Position numbers and translations under genes: made by a program. Below are positions 24,801 to 36,210 of a stretch of DNA of 64,000 nucleotides, piece after piece (positions within the stretch are counted from its first letter, which is position 1; each line of letters opens with the position of its first letter). This stretch comes from Perna viridis. Taxonomy: Eukaryota. The notes beneath the pieces were generated by a model. The model saw only the letters and a program-made list of their open reading frames with translations. It searched no databases and was not told the DNA's origin. The stretch is taken from positions 22,284,103 to 22,348,102 of the forward strand of contig CM074519.1 in assembly GCA_037379345.1 (NCBI GenBank), given 5' to 3'.

Positions 24801-26614
24801 TACTGATCAGATCCGACAACACAACACTTTTCAAGTATATAAACAAACAGGGAGGGACCAAATCTTCTCAGTTATGTTCTCAGGGAGAAGATGTACGCTT
24901 ATGCATATCCCCCAATTTGCCTGATACACAGAGCGTTAGAATATATGAGGCAGTTCAACTGTCAAATTCTTCTAATTGCTCCACTATGGCCACGGAGACA
25001 TTGGTACCCAGATCTACTGGAACTGTTGATAAAGTTTCCAGTCAGACTGCCAGTGATTCAGAATCTGTTGTGTTAACCTAAGACACAAATTTATCACCCA
25101 GATCTTGATATTTTTAGTCTGACTGCATGGCGTCTGTCGACAGATCCTATCAAACAGGGGGATTTTCAAAAGAAGCTAGGAAACTTCTCTCAGTCTCTTG
25201 GAGACGATGTACACAAAGGGACTATAGTTCCAGTTCAAAAAATATTATAGCTGTTGTGATAAAAGGGAAATCAATTCCAGTTCTCCAACTTTGAGCCATA
25301 TTACAGATTTTCCTGTATCACTATTTGATTAAGGTTTACAATATAGAACAATTGAGGGTTACAAGTCGATGCTTTCAAATGTTCTTCCTCATGTAGACAA
25401 TGTACGAGTAGGTCAGTATCATCTTATTGTTCGTCTCTTTAAAGGGGTCTTTCATTTCAGGCCTCCTAGCATGACATTATTGCCTGAGTGGGATTTACAG
25501 ACGGTTCTTGATATGTTACAAAAACAGTCTTTTGAACCTTTGAATGCTATTGATTTTCAATTTGTAATATTTAAAACTGGCGTTTTAGTGTCTGTAACTA
25601 CTTTTAGGAGATGTAGCGACTTGCAGTCTCTTAGAGTGAACGACACCCAAATGAGGATGCAAAAGAATGGTGTCCCATTTATAAGGTCAGAGTTATCAAA
25701 ACAAGACCATCATAATCACACGCGATCAAAAATGTTTTTTTTTAAATACAATGGGAAGTTAGATCCTAGGAAATGTTTATTTCAGTACCCAAAGGTGACT
25801 AAAAGTTTTAGAAGTACTTTGGAGAAAGATCAATAAGGTAAACCTTTTCTTTCAATTTGTGAACCACACAAATCAGTATCTGTGCAAACTGTTTCCTGGT
25901 GGATTTTCAGAGTAGAGTATCGGAAAATGTAAAGGCTCATTCAAATAGGGCAATTGAACCCTCATGGGCATTATATAAAGAAGCATTATTACATAACATA
26001 TTAGAAGCTGCAGATTGGTCTTCAGAATCCACTTTTGGGAAATTCTATTTAAGAGATTTCTCAGCTGATGTTTTGCATGTAGATAAGTTAATTATTTCGG
26101 CGAGTTGCCTACCAGTTTTGTTTTGGTGAAAGTATCTTAATAATTTATGGTGGAAGTATTCTATTCAAGTGTTTTTTGATGAAGAGTCAACGTGACACAG
26201 TTTATTTGAATGTTCTTTATTCAAATTGTGTTGCTGATATTTCAAGAAATGAGGGAGATATTGCTTTGGAATCATCCATATTGTATCAGTGACAAGTAAG
26301 TATTAATAATTTAAATAAAATTTCTAAATTTGTCATCAAGTTACAATTTTATGAAATATTAATACTTACTTGTCATCTTTCCCACTACCTACCCATGCTA
26401 TGAGTGATATTGGTTGGGTGTTTTGTTACCCGCCGATAAACTGAAGCATATGTGCACGCAGATGATCTAGGTCCTTAAGGTGTTAAATTTAGATCATCTG
26501 TGTGTTGGCGAATTATGGACTGACTCAAGGGGAATAATCCATTTGTATTAGTGAAGTGATGGGTAAGTATTAACATGTCATAAAATTGTAATGTGATTGC
26601 AAATTTTGAAATTT
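21812..26614 (+). mobile_element. DIRS1-type tyrosine-recombinase retrotransposon (degenerate ORFs, intact terminal architecture)
   Basis: Gag-like remnant about 22130-23500. RT 23971-24444 (WAVSLDLNGAYIHI, FKALCFG, YLDD). RNase H (HVNWLEMEAV, IRSDNTT). Methyltransferase-like YAYPP...IAPLWPRRHWYPDLL at 24891-25076. Tyrosine recombinase (RRCSDLQSL, AHSNR, AADWSSESTFGKFY) 25150-26130. Inverted terminal repeats about 21812-21980 and 26418-26560 plus a right extension, and an internal complementary region at about 26270-26377. Confidence 0.93.
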
Positions 26615-27464
26615 CTAACGAAAACAAAATCGACATTAGTAGAAATTATATAATTTTGAGAAATAAATATGTTCCATCAATTGGTCATTCCTTGCTTTAA
26701 TTTTCTTTGAGTGTATGGGGTGAGGTAGAACTGTTGTTATTGCCAGAAGAAGAACACAAATGTAAAGTTAGATGATAAATTTTGTTACACACATCGTTGA
26801 CAAAAGTCTTAAATGGACTCAGTGATAATTTCCTGGCTTTCTATTCTAAAGTCTTTGTTTAGAGTAATCAGAGGAACAAAAATTAGAGGGTAATCAAAGA
26901 ATATAAAATAACCAAAATAACTCATACAAATGAGCAACAATGACTTTTCTGACTTTAAAAATGAGAAAAACTGTTAACAGGACAAACTAACTCTGCTATT
27001 TTAAATTCAATGTTTATTTTTTGTTTTGCCTTGTCGTTCAAATCCTGTATCTTTTTATAACGTGACTGGTGCCTTATTTGAATTCATTTCTAAGAACAAT
27101 ATAGCGTATAAGTCACGATGTGTTCATTTCTTTTAGTAAATGGTTTTTGAACTTTTCCCTATATTTTACACGAAACTAGTTAAGACAATTATAAATTTCC
27201 TTGTTGTTTAATAGTACAAATATCACATAATAATTAGGAATTTAATCATGCTTGTTCTACCGTGTCAGTAAACTTGTGTCCGCTTGTTGTTATTAACAAT
27301 TTGTCCTGCAACGTTTCCCTATAATTTACATGAAACCATTAATTTAAAAGATGAGTAGAAAGGTGCTCGTTGTTGAAAAGTACACTACTACGTGTGAAAA
27401 TATACGAATTTAATTATTTGAAACTTTTCAAGAGTTAGAAAGATTTTAGCTGTAAAGGAGAGTG

Positions 27465-30400
27465 ATGAATACGTTCTTCGCAATTGTTGCCGCCATACTT
27501 TCAGTTAGGGTAAGTAACTCTATACTGACAATTTTGTTGTATAAAAGCAAATTCTCTCAAAAGTATCAGGATTCAAAAGAAACAATAAAACTCTCATGTT
27601 ACAAATATCGTCAAATAGGTGATTGATTCAAGGCGTTGCAAATGTATTAAAACAACATGGTGTAACTTATCTCCTGCAGTTAACCTGATGTTGAATGTTG
27701 TATTATATTATGTTTCGAGAACATTTTGATATAATCATTTTGTATATTCAATAGGTCGAAGTAACTCCAACGCCACCTAAAGAAGTTAATTGCCCTTCTA
27801 CACATTCAGATACGTATACGAAATGTGACTGTCATCCTTGGCCTCTGCAATGTAAAACGGATTATAATTGCAAAGGGAGTACGTCATCATTGTTTTTCCT
27901 TGAGATTCAGTTATATATATGAATAATACTTTATCTTTAAATATGAGTTCTTGGTAAAATACTTCATTGCTAGTCAATTTTCAAAGTTATATAAATTCTT
28001 GTCTTCTTTTTTGTACGAATTATCCACTTCAAAAGTTGAAACCAATCCTATAGATGCAATTAAATAATATGGTTGTTTCTCAACTTTTCAATTAGTTTCT
28101 TTAATAATTTCCATAAATGTGATTTCCAATGGAAATATTTGTAGTGCAGGTGAAAAAATATAATCTGATGTAAGTGACGTGTAAATGGGTAGTTTGTACT
28201 TTGGAGTTGATAGTAAATATCATTTGAAATATGGGTATTAAATGTGTGTGGTTTTATCAATTTTTTGTTGATAATAATTTGAATTATTTGAAAATTATTA
28301 CTACTAAAGCTGATTGTTTATAGGAAAATTCAGTTTTAATTGTGCTTTTATGCATTGGCTATTTGATCAAATGCGTATGAACAAACATTTTTTCTTATGA
28401 TTCACTGATTTCTTCTGTCTACATATAATTATCATCTAAGCTGAGAAATGCTGCGCAATGCCATGCGACTGCTTGAAAAGGTGTCTTCCTCCTGGAGGTA
28501 AGTCTAAATTAAACATTAAACAAAAATAAATATATATGGTAGATGCATGGTTATATTTGAATTAGTCAGCTCTTAGATTAAAAGAAACTCATTTGATGTA
28601 GGTTANNNNNNNNNNNNNNNNNNNNNNNNNNNNNNNNNNNNNNNNNNNNNNNNNNNNNNNNNNNNNNNNNNNNNNNNNNNNNNNNNNNNNNNNNNNNNNN
28701 NNNNNNNNNNNNNNNNNNNNNNNNNNNNNNNNNNNNNNNNNNNNNNNNNNNNNNNNNNNNNNNNNNNNNNNNNNNTTGACTACTTCTTGTATACAATTAC
28801 TGTTTGTATCAAGAACAATATATTTGATTATAATAATACTGATAAAAAAAAACCTGGAAACACGTTTACAACATATCAAAATTTGCAATATATATGACTG
28901 TATCTTTTTTTGCCTTTACTGATAAGTCAGCAACCGGTCATCTATCAGTTAAAAGAAATGATCAATTGAAAGAAAATTTTGAATACTTTGTAATGCACTC
29001 TGAAACAGTACATTTTTGTGTATTTTTCAGACTGTTACTTCAATGGTAAATCGTATCGCATAGGGGAAAGCGGTCCAGCTGCAGATGGATGCAATACGTG
29101 TTCGTGTAATCCTGACAAGACACTAACGTGTACTTATGTTGGATGTAGTGAGTTCTATTTTAGTTTAAGTGTTTTGTCACAAGTATACTAGAGTAAAGAT
29201 TCTAGCTCTTTTTTTACATTATTAATATGATGATCCAGTTTTGAGAAATTTTCTAGGGTAAATGGTAAGGAATCCAATAAGCTGTTGTACGTCTGAATTC
29301 ACCTCAGTCACATCACTTATATGTCGAAAATATTCTGAACCAATGCATGCAGATACAAATTTGACGCTTAAACCAATTAAGTAAATCTTGTCTCTGTGCG
29401 TGTAAATTTTAATTTTCGATAAAATCTGTTTTGTGTATTAAATGGATAACTATTTTGACGAACTAGTATATATTATTTTCCTCATTTCAATTATTATTCA
29501 TTTAAATTATACTAGTATATAGAGACACTACAGAAAAGTCTAAATGCTGGTAATGTCTGGACATAAGTTTTTGACTCTAATAAACACAAACTCGAGAGTG
29601 TCCTGGGGTTTTGTTCCTCTGGACCCCACGAAGGCATTGCCCTGAACACACTGGGGAAGGCTTCAACGGCCCCAGACGGATAAATACTTTTATGAAGTGC
29701 TGGCCTCTTAAGGAATAGGCAAATTTAGACAATGTGGGAACATACTCCATTGTCTATTGAAGAAGGCTTGACATGTCGTCTATCTCAGAAATGTCAAAGA
29801 ATTAATTACAAACGACTTCAAAGGTACAATATGAAGAAAAGGGAAAGTTACCTCCCGTTGATAACGACATTACACTGCATTTCGTAAAATGTATAATTTG
29901 AATTGCTGACACTTTAAAAAGAAATTAATGCAATTTCTGCATTAAAGACTTAAAATAACATTTTGAATGAGATTTTATGAAAAGGCTTGTGGGATTTCTC
30001 ACCATGATTCACCAAATGTCTGATTCCTACAGAGAATAAAACTTAAATACACAAATCGTAATAATGCATTGGATGGTGTCTTTTTTTTATTATTACAAAT
30101 ACATACATGCAAAACATATAATACATATATATGAGTTTAAATTCAAAACCTAAATTACGTATTTTACATTTATTAATACTGAATTTTAATAATACATTAG
30201 ATCGAACACGCATTTTGTTACTGAACATCTGCTTAGGACATTTTTTTTGTAATATGTAAAGATAGGAGAAAGCATGTATTTTTTCAAATGAGAAAATAAA
30301 TGCACAGGTCCCTATTCCTCAATAGATTTTAGCCAGTCCCTTGAAATGCGTTTACTTTTGTAGAAAACAAACTCTTGAAAAATTACGTAAAACATGCATA

Positions 30401-31474
30401 GTTTCAGCCCAAAACTTCAATGTGAAAGCTCTTTTCTGGTTTATGGTTTAAATTTTTTTTTTAAATGTACTTTTGTTGCATGGTTTCTTTCTTTTCTTTT
30501 TTTAGCTCACCTTGCCGGAGGCCATGCAATCTATTGCCATCACTGGGTTTCCGTCGTCGTCATCGTCGGTAATGATTTTTCAAAATTCTACTTCTCTGAG
30601 ACTATTTTACCACTTAAACTTGGTATGAATGTTTCTAGGAGTATCTTGCATAGAAATGATATGGGGATTTTTGATCCATCGGAAAACATAGCCGCTGCTA
30701 CTAAAATAGAACATAGGTTTAGACAGTAGTTTTCCGCATTTATCTCCAAAAGCGTAAGGTTAAGTTGATGTCCGACCTGTAAAAAGTGTTCAGCATGAGG
30801 AGTTCTATATGCAGTCAAATTTTCGCTTTAATCTCTTAAGCCATGTTGGAATTATTGCCCTTTTTCAACGTTTTTTGCTATTTGTAATGTTATTTCTCTC
30901 AAACATCTCCTCTGGCACTATTTTACCAATTGAAATTAAACTTTATATGTATGTCAGCATAGAAGTGATGTGGGGATTTCTGATCCGTCGAAAAACATGG
31001 CCAACATTACTGAAATAGAACATGGAGGTCGGACAGTAGGTTTTCGCATATATCTCCAAAACCGTTAGGTTTTGCTAAATTCTTTCAACAACTGAAATGA
31101 TCCTTATTATCAGGACTTCAAAAGTCTTCAGGAATAAAAGTTGTCAGACGACTCCTTATATGAGTTATCACCCTTGAAAGGGGGAAACATAACAGGTTTT
31201 TCAATCAATACCTTGAAAACTATGATAGATAGAAAGAAACTTTCAATTGCTGAAATAATCCTTATGATAAGTTCTACCAAAGTTTTCTTGAATGAAATTG
31301 TTGGACAACTTCTTGTTAAATTTATTGCCCTTGAAAGACAAAATTCAACCAGCTGAGCGATTCACGCTCCTGGGACCCTCTTGTTTGAGTTAGTAAATTC
31401 GATTCTGTATTTGCATGAGTGCAATAATTGGAATATTATATTATAGTAATAAACTGTAATCAATTTCAGATTAG
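27465..31474 (+). CDS. Secreted WAP-like + pacifastin/VWC-like cysteine-rich protein, copy B (115 aa)
   Basis: Exons 27465-27509, 27755-27878, 28441-28497, 29031-29147 and 31470-31474. Protein: MNTFFAIVAAILSVRVEV-TPTPPKEVNCPSTHSDTYTKCDCHPWPLQCKTDYNCKGTEKCCAMPCDCLKRCLPPG-DCYFNGKSYRIGESGPAADGCNTCSCNPDKTLTCTYVGCN*. AATAAA at 31528. All 16 Cys are conserved with copy A. Confidence 0.88.
30500..31385. mobile_element. Non-autonomous Helentron-type element (HINE) in intron 4 of gene B
   Basis: 5' TTTAGCTCACC...GGCCATG, a (CGT)n microsatellite and internal imperfect repeats (30580-30770 vs 30900-31080). 3' GCTGAGCGATTCACGCTCCTGGGACCCTCTTGTT. Confidence 0.7.
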
Positions 31475-31591
31475 AACAAGGAACAAAGGTATGATGAAGC
31501 AAACTTAACAAAAGAAGATAAAATATTAATAAAGTATAATTGGTTCAAGTATTAGTGTTTTTATACAAGTCATTTCTTTGTATCTCTTTCA

Positions 31592-32753
31592 AAGAGTAAT
31601 CAAGGGAACCAAAGTAATAGCGGTAATCAAAGAATGTAATCCAGGGACAAAGACCAGACTTGGAAAACAGACATTCAAAGAACATAAAGTAACTAAAATC
31701 ATACATACAAAGTAACAAAAGTAAATGAGCAACTCGGATTCCACTAAAAACTGGGAGCATGGACCAGGTGCATCGGTAGGGTAAGCGTCCTCTGCCTTTC
31801 TAGAAACACCCGCCGAGGTGCTCATGAAAAGTCAAGTCCGGGGTAGACAAACGAGGAAAGAAACTATGACCCGTTGAATACATCAGTTTTCATGGTGCTG
31901 ATGGATACACCATAACGATCCACGAGTTCATGATGACGACCACAAAACCTCTGTAGTGATGACTTCAATCTTGTAGCAACATAACCCTGTTCCAGAAGCC
32001 TATTTGTTAGAGTTCTAGCGCGATACAAAAAGTCTGCGTAGTTTCGGCAAGCTCTTGCATAACGTATGAGTTGTGATATGAACACTCCGTACGCAGGAGC
32101 CGAAGGGATGTTGCCACAGATGAAAGGAAAGTTAACAATTCTGAATGAAAAGTCATCACGTTTGTCGGAAAGTTTGGTCAATAGTTTTCCTTTACCATCG
32201 ATTTCTAAGTGTAGGTCAAGATATGAGGCTGACTTAACAGTGTCTGTAGTATCCTTTATCTCAAGTTCTTTTGGGTAGATAAGATGTATCAAATCCCCGA
32301 AATTAGAATTGTTTAAAGATAATACGTCATCTATATAGCGAAAACTGAGATTGAAGGATCTAGCCAAACGATATTCTTTCTTTCTGATCAGATCAGCTAT
32401 GAAGTCAGCCTCATAAGATTGAAGGAATAGCTCAGCAAGTAAAGGAGCACAATTTGTTCCCATTGGAATGCCGAACGTTTGTTGAAAAACACGTCCACCA
32501 CACTGGACAAATATGTTGTCGATTAAAAATTCCAGCATTTTGTAAACATCTTCCTCTGTATATTTGGAAGATGATTTGTAATTATTTCTTACAAAGTATG
32601 AGGAATCTCTACCAAGAACTATATCTTTGTATCTAGGTGTACCATCTTTTTTGGAAAAACAACGATGTATAATGTTTTTAAGTCGGGATTTTAACTGAGT
32701 ATGGGGAATAGAAGTATACAGTGTTGAAAAAGCATAGGTTTTAATGCTATTGG
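31592..32753 (-). mobile_element. 5'-truncated Penelope-like (Naiad-type) element: RT core/thumb + 3' tail
   Basis: Open frame from about 32753 to 31864: KTYAFSTLYTSIPH, FQQTFGIPMGTNCAPLLA, FRYIDD, ending KTDVFNGS* with no C-terminal endonuclease. It is inserted just after the poly(A) signal of gene B and is absent in copy A. Confidence 0.92.
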
Positions 32754-34472
32754 TTTTTATGCACCGTTATCATTAAATAACTGAGTTTAGATGTCGAAAT
32801 ATTTTATTGCGTTATATATTCAAGTATGTGTTCAAAATGTATAATTAATGAAAGTCCTAGAAAACATTTAACAAATCCATATTTGAAAACAGTATATACA
32901 AAATCAAGGATCATTAAAAGTTAAATTAAGGCATAATTGTAGAAAATATTTTTTTTCGACAAATTCAATCAATTTGTTTTAGGTGTTCCGATTTAATGCA
33001 TTGTCCTTCTTCGAAGACGTTCTTTAAAACATTCTTGTTTTTGTGGCTGATATTTGTTTGTAACTTGCTCTAAGTACGTTTGTCTTTTCTCTAAAAAAAT
33101 GTTGGCCGATCATCCTGCCCATTGAATAATATGAAAAACACCTACCATCACATTATAACTAGACCGGCAAACGCTGTACTGTACGAAAACTTTAAATTGC
33201 CGAGATACATTGACCTGATTATATAACAATACATAACAATACATAAGAATGCTTCAATTCAAATAAAAATTCGATAGTACCCAAATCTTAGGAGCTCAAA
33301 TTGAAATTTATTCTGATTAGTATTTATATTTTAACCTATACATTTGGATTTCCTCTGACACTAGACAAAATTTATCTTTAAAGGTCGAAATTCAATGCTG
33401 ATAAATTACTAAATTAGAAACTTTAAAAGTGACATTTTTTACTGTTCAAACCGACACATTGCTTTTGTGCCAATAAGTATTTCATTTGCGCTAAAACATC
33501 TTCGATTTGTCCCACAAACCATTTTTCATTTGGGATTAAAATAAATTATTAAATTTGAGCAAATAGCAGGTAAATTTGAGGTAGCATATTCAAACGGCAC
33601 TTGGGGCACCGATGGTTTCGACCAAATTGTCCGTCCGATTCTTTAATTTCATTAAAAGTCGTATTTTGTAAGTTTCGGGGCCTACAATTCTAAATATAAC
33701 AAATAAATGCCTAATACCACTATCAAACAAAACATCGATTTTTTCCTTAAAGCACTATACATGATTGTAAGTAGTAACAAGCAATTGCTTTACATGTCCG
33801 TTCTACCCCAAGGACTTAATATTAATATTCAGAGTACTAATCGTTAAAACTATTTACTTGAAACTTTATTTATCTTTTTTACCTAACAATTAATTGGAAA
33901 TAGCGCCCAAGAAAGAATTAGTACTTGTTGCAAATGAAATAGTGAATATTGTTAACATTGGGGCAAAAGATGAAGCTGTTTAAACATTAATTAAATGGGA
34001 TTCAATTGTAGTTATCAAATAGTTTTGTTTAATTATGTTTTGGCCCCTTTTTGTATCTAACTACGCACACTGCTTAGCGTTGGTCAAGTACTAAAGTTGA
34101 AAAAAGGTATTTTTTTGCTCTTGACATACTTATAATCATGTTCCCATCATAAATTGTTTCCGCATTTGTCTATTTTTCTTTTGGTCCACGATTGTTCTCG
34201 ATTCAATACGACGTTACGATAAGAGTTGTCGTTAATATCGTTTACGGAAGATAACGTTGTTTTGTTGCTCTGCATTGAATGTGTTTGAAGGAGGTTGAAA
34301 ATAATACTTTTATCACAAAGAAAGATCGAGCAATAATAAAGAAAGAAATGTGATTGAAATAAATTATACTCTCTCAAAAGACTTGAGTCCTACAAATGTT
34401 TAATTGTTTATTTGTTGAAAAAGGTCCGTATTTTTAAAATTTTTTATCAAACTGTAACAAACGATGCCTTTG

Positions 34473-34522
<50 letters not shown>
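34473..34522. repeat. Poly(A) tract, 50 nt
   Basis: Direct observation. Confidence 0.95.
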
Positions 34523-34526
<4 letters not shown>

Positions 34527-35329
34527 CTTTTTACGCGAAGATCTCGTTAAGGCACTTTAAAAAGTAAGACAAGATATAATGAATGTGAAATACAAGTAGA
34601 AAATTCACATATTTCGTCGTCGGGTGTGTGCCGCATTTTTGAATTGGGGTACATTGCTGATCAACTGAAGGAATGTCTAAATATACAGAAGACTACCGCC
34701 GCAAGTAGCCGATTGTTTTTGGGAAAGTTGATTTCGATAGCATTTTGACGATTACAGGTCGTACTTGTAACTTTAAAAATTCCGTGGACACAGGGAAACA
34801 ACACTCAAATGGAGAGAAAAAACAAGACAAAGGAATGAAAGGTTTCCACATTAACATAAAAACGCTTTAGGTAAGCTTAATCTAAGTAGAAAATTACATC
34901 GCAAATTTGACAATTCTAATATCGTTGGGACTTTTTTAGACCCTTCTATAAGTTTATCTTCCCTGTATCAAATAGATCCGATGGAGCAGTGTAGCGAATA
35001 GACTCGTCACATCATGAGACGTTTGTATAATATTGATTTGTTGTGACATCCATCATTAATTTGATCCTCTATCCTACATACTAACACCTAGATGAACTGT
35101 TCCGTACTACCATACATAGTGTACTATGTTACAGCCCTAGATAAATCCCACGAGGAGGAATGACCCGGCCAGCGAAAGCTATATTTTGATATAACCTAGT
35201 TGACCGAGTGGTAGAGGGCGCTGGACTTTTCGTAGACGGTATTGCTATAGATGTCACAGCATTGCAAATTTGACAGTTCTAACATCGTTGAAAAGTTTTC
35301 AGACCGTTCTATAAAGTCTAAAGGAATCT

Positions 35330-36042
35330 GCCAAATGTAATGGGTATCGGATCATTAACCAGCACAGTCACGGGGAAACGCTACAAAATATTTTGCAACG
35401 TGCACTGCAAGAGTGCTTATGTAATAATGTAATATATTTGCTCCACTGTCCCATCTGTGGCCTTCAATATGTTGGTGAATCTAAACAGCCCTTTCACAAG
35501 CGTTTAAACGGACAGAGGAGCAACCTAACAAAAAAGCCTTTACTCCCAGTGAGTCAACACTTCAGGTTACCCAACCAATGCTTCGATGATTTCATGAAAA
35601 TGGAAATCTTCATCGTAGAACAAAACACGATCTGGAGCGATCTACAGAGAGTAAAGCGGGAGGGATTTTGAATAAAACAACTCCGTGTTTTACACCCACA
35701 TGGAATTAACAAAAACATTAAGTTCTTCCTGTTTTGTTTAGTTTCTTTTAATAGTGTTTGTAAATATTTTTAGTTTTATAGTTCAGTATTCAAGATCAAC
35801 ACACAACGTGTGTCTATAACACAATGTTCAAGATCTTTGTTAACTGTCGATAAAATTTTATACGTCACAGGTATTCGGGTATTCACCTGATTAGGTAGTG
35901 AGTTGTGTTCTCAGACCATTTACTTTCATACACACACAGTTTATTTAAGGCACTGAAGAAGGTCATTTGTTGACTGAAAATTTTCCTCATTAAATATTTT
36001 ATTAAAGTGTATTAACATCTTTATCGGTGACGTTGTACAATC

Positions 36043-36045
<3 letters not shown>
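35330..36045 (+). mobile_element. 3' end of a Penelope-like element with C-terminal GIY-YIG (Neptune/Poseidon-like)
   Basis: CNNVIYLLHCPICGLQYVGESKQPFHKRLNGQRS...VSQHF...REGF*IKQLRVLHPHGIN, followed by a 3' UTR with a hammerhead-like core and then a (TA)n tract. Confidence 0.8.
35946..35990 (+). ncRNA. Minimal type I hammerhead ribozyme-like motif (possibly decayed)
   Basis: CTGAAGA-A-GGTCA tttgt TGACT-GAAA-ATTT. The conserved cores and stem II are present, but stem I pairing is imperfect. This is the typical position in Penelope-like elements. Confidence 0.6.
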
Positions 36046-36108
<63 letters not shown>

Positions 36109-36174
36109 TTATTCCCATTAATCAGTTGATTAGAAAACATAAACAAATCCAATTTGAGACACAAGAAAAATAGG

Positions 36175-36208
<34 letters not shown>
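36046..36208. repeat. (TA)n 36046-36106 and (CA)n about 36178-36208 microsatellites
   Basis: Direct observation. Others are (TG)n at about 11841-11864, (TA)n at about 12406-12428 and (CAAAA)n at about 19618-19660. Confidence 0.95.

Positions 36209-36210
<2 letters not shown>

Larger units (their letters stand above)
21105..34180. repeat. Copy B of a segmental duplication (homologous to about 4840-16200)
   Basis: Colinear non-coding homology upstream of, within and downstream of the two inhibitor genes (e.g. 5820-6200 vs 21450-21810, 6206-7350 vs 26616-27650, 15640-15730 vs 33105-33185, 16050-16200 vs 34030-34180), interrupted by copy-specific insertions. Confidence 0.9.

Noticed and set aside
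31589-31825. Recurrent short ORF MS(T/N)SAGVSRKAEDAY... (also 21109-21339, 38092-38295, 55361-55630) as a small gene family
   Set aside because: These are translations of the Penelope-like 3' tail. Frames and ends differ between copies, consistent with non-coding decay.
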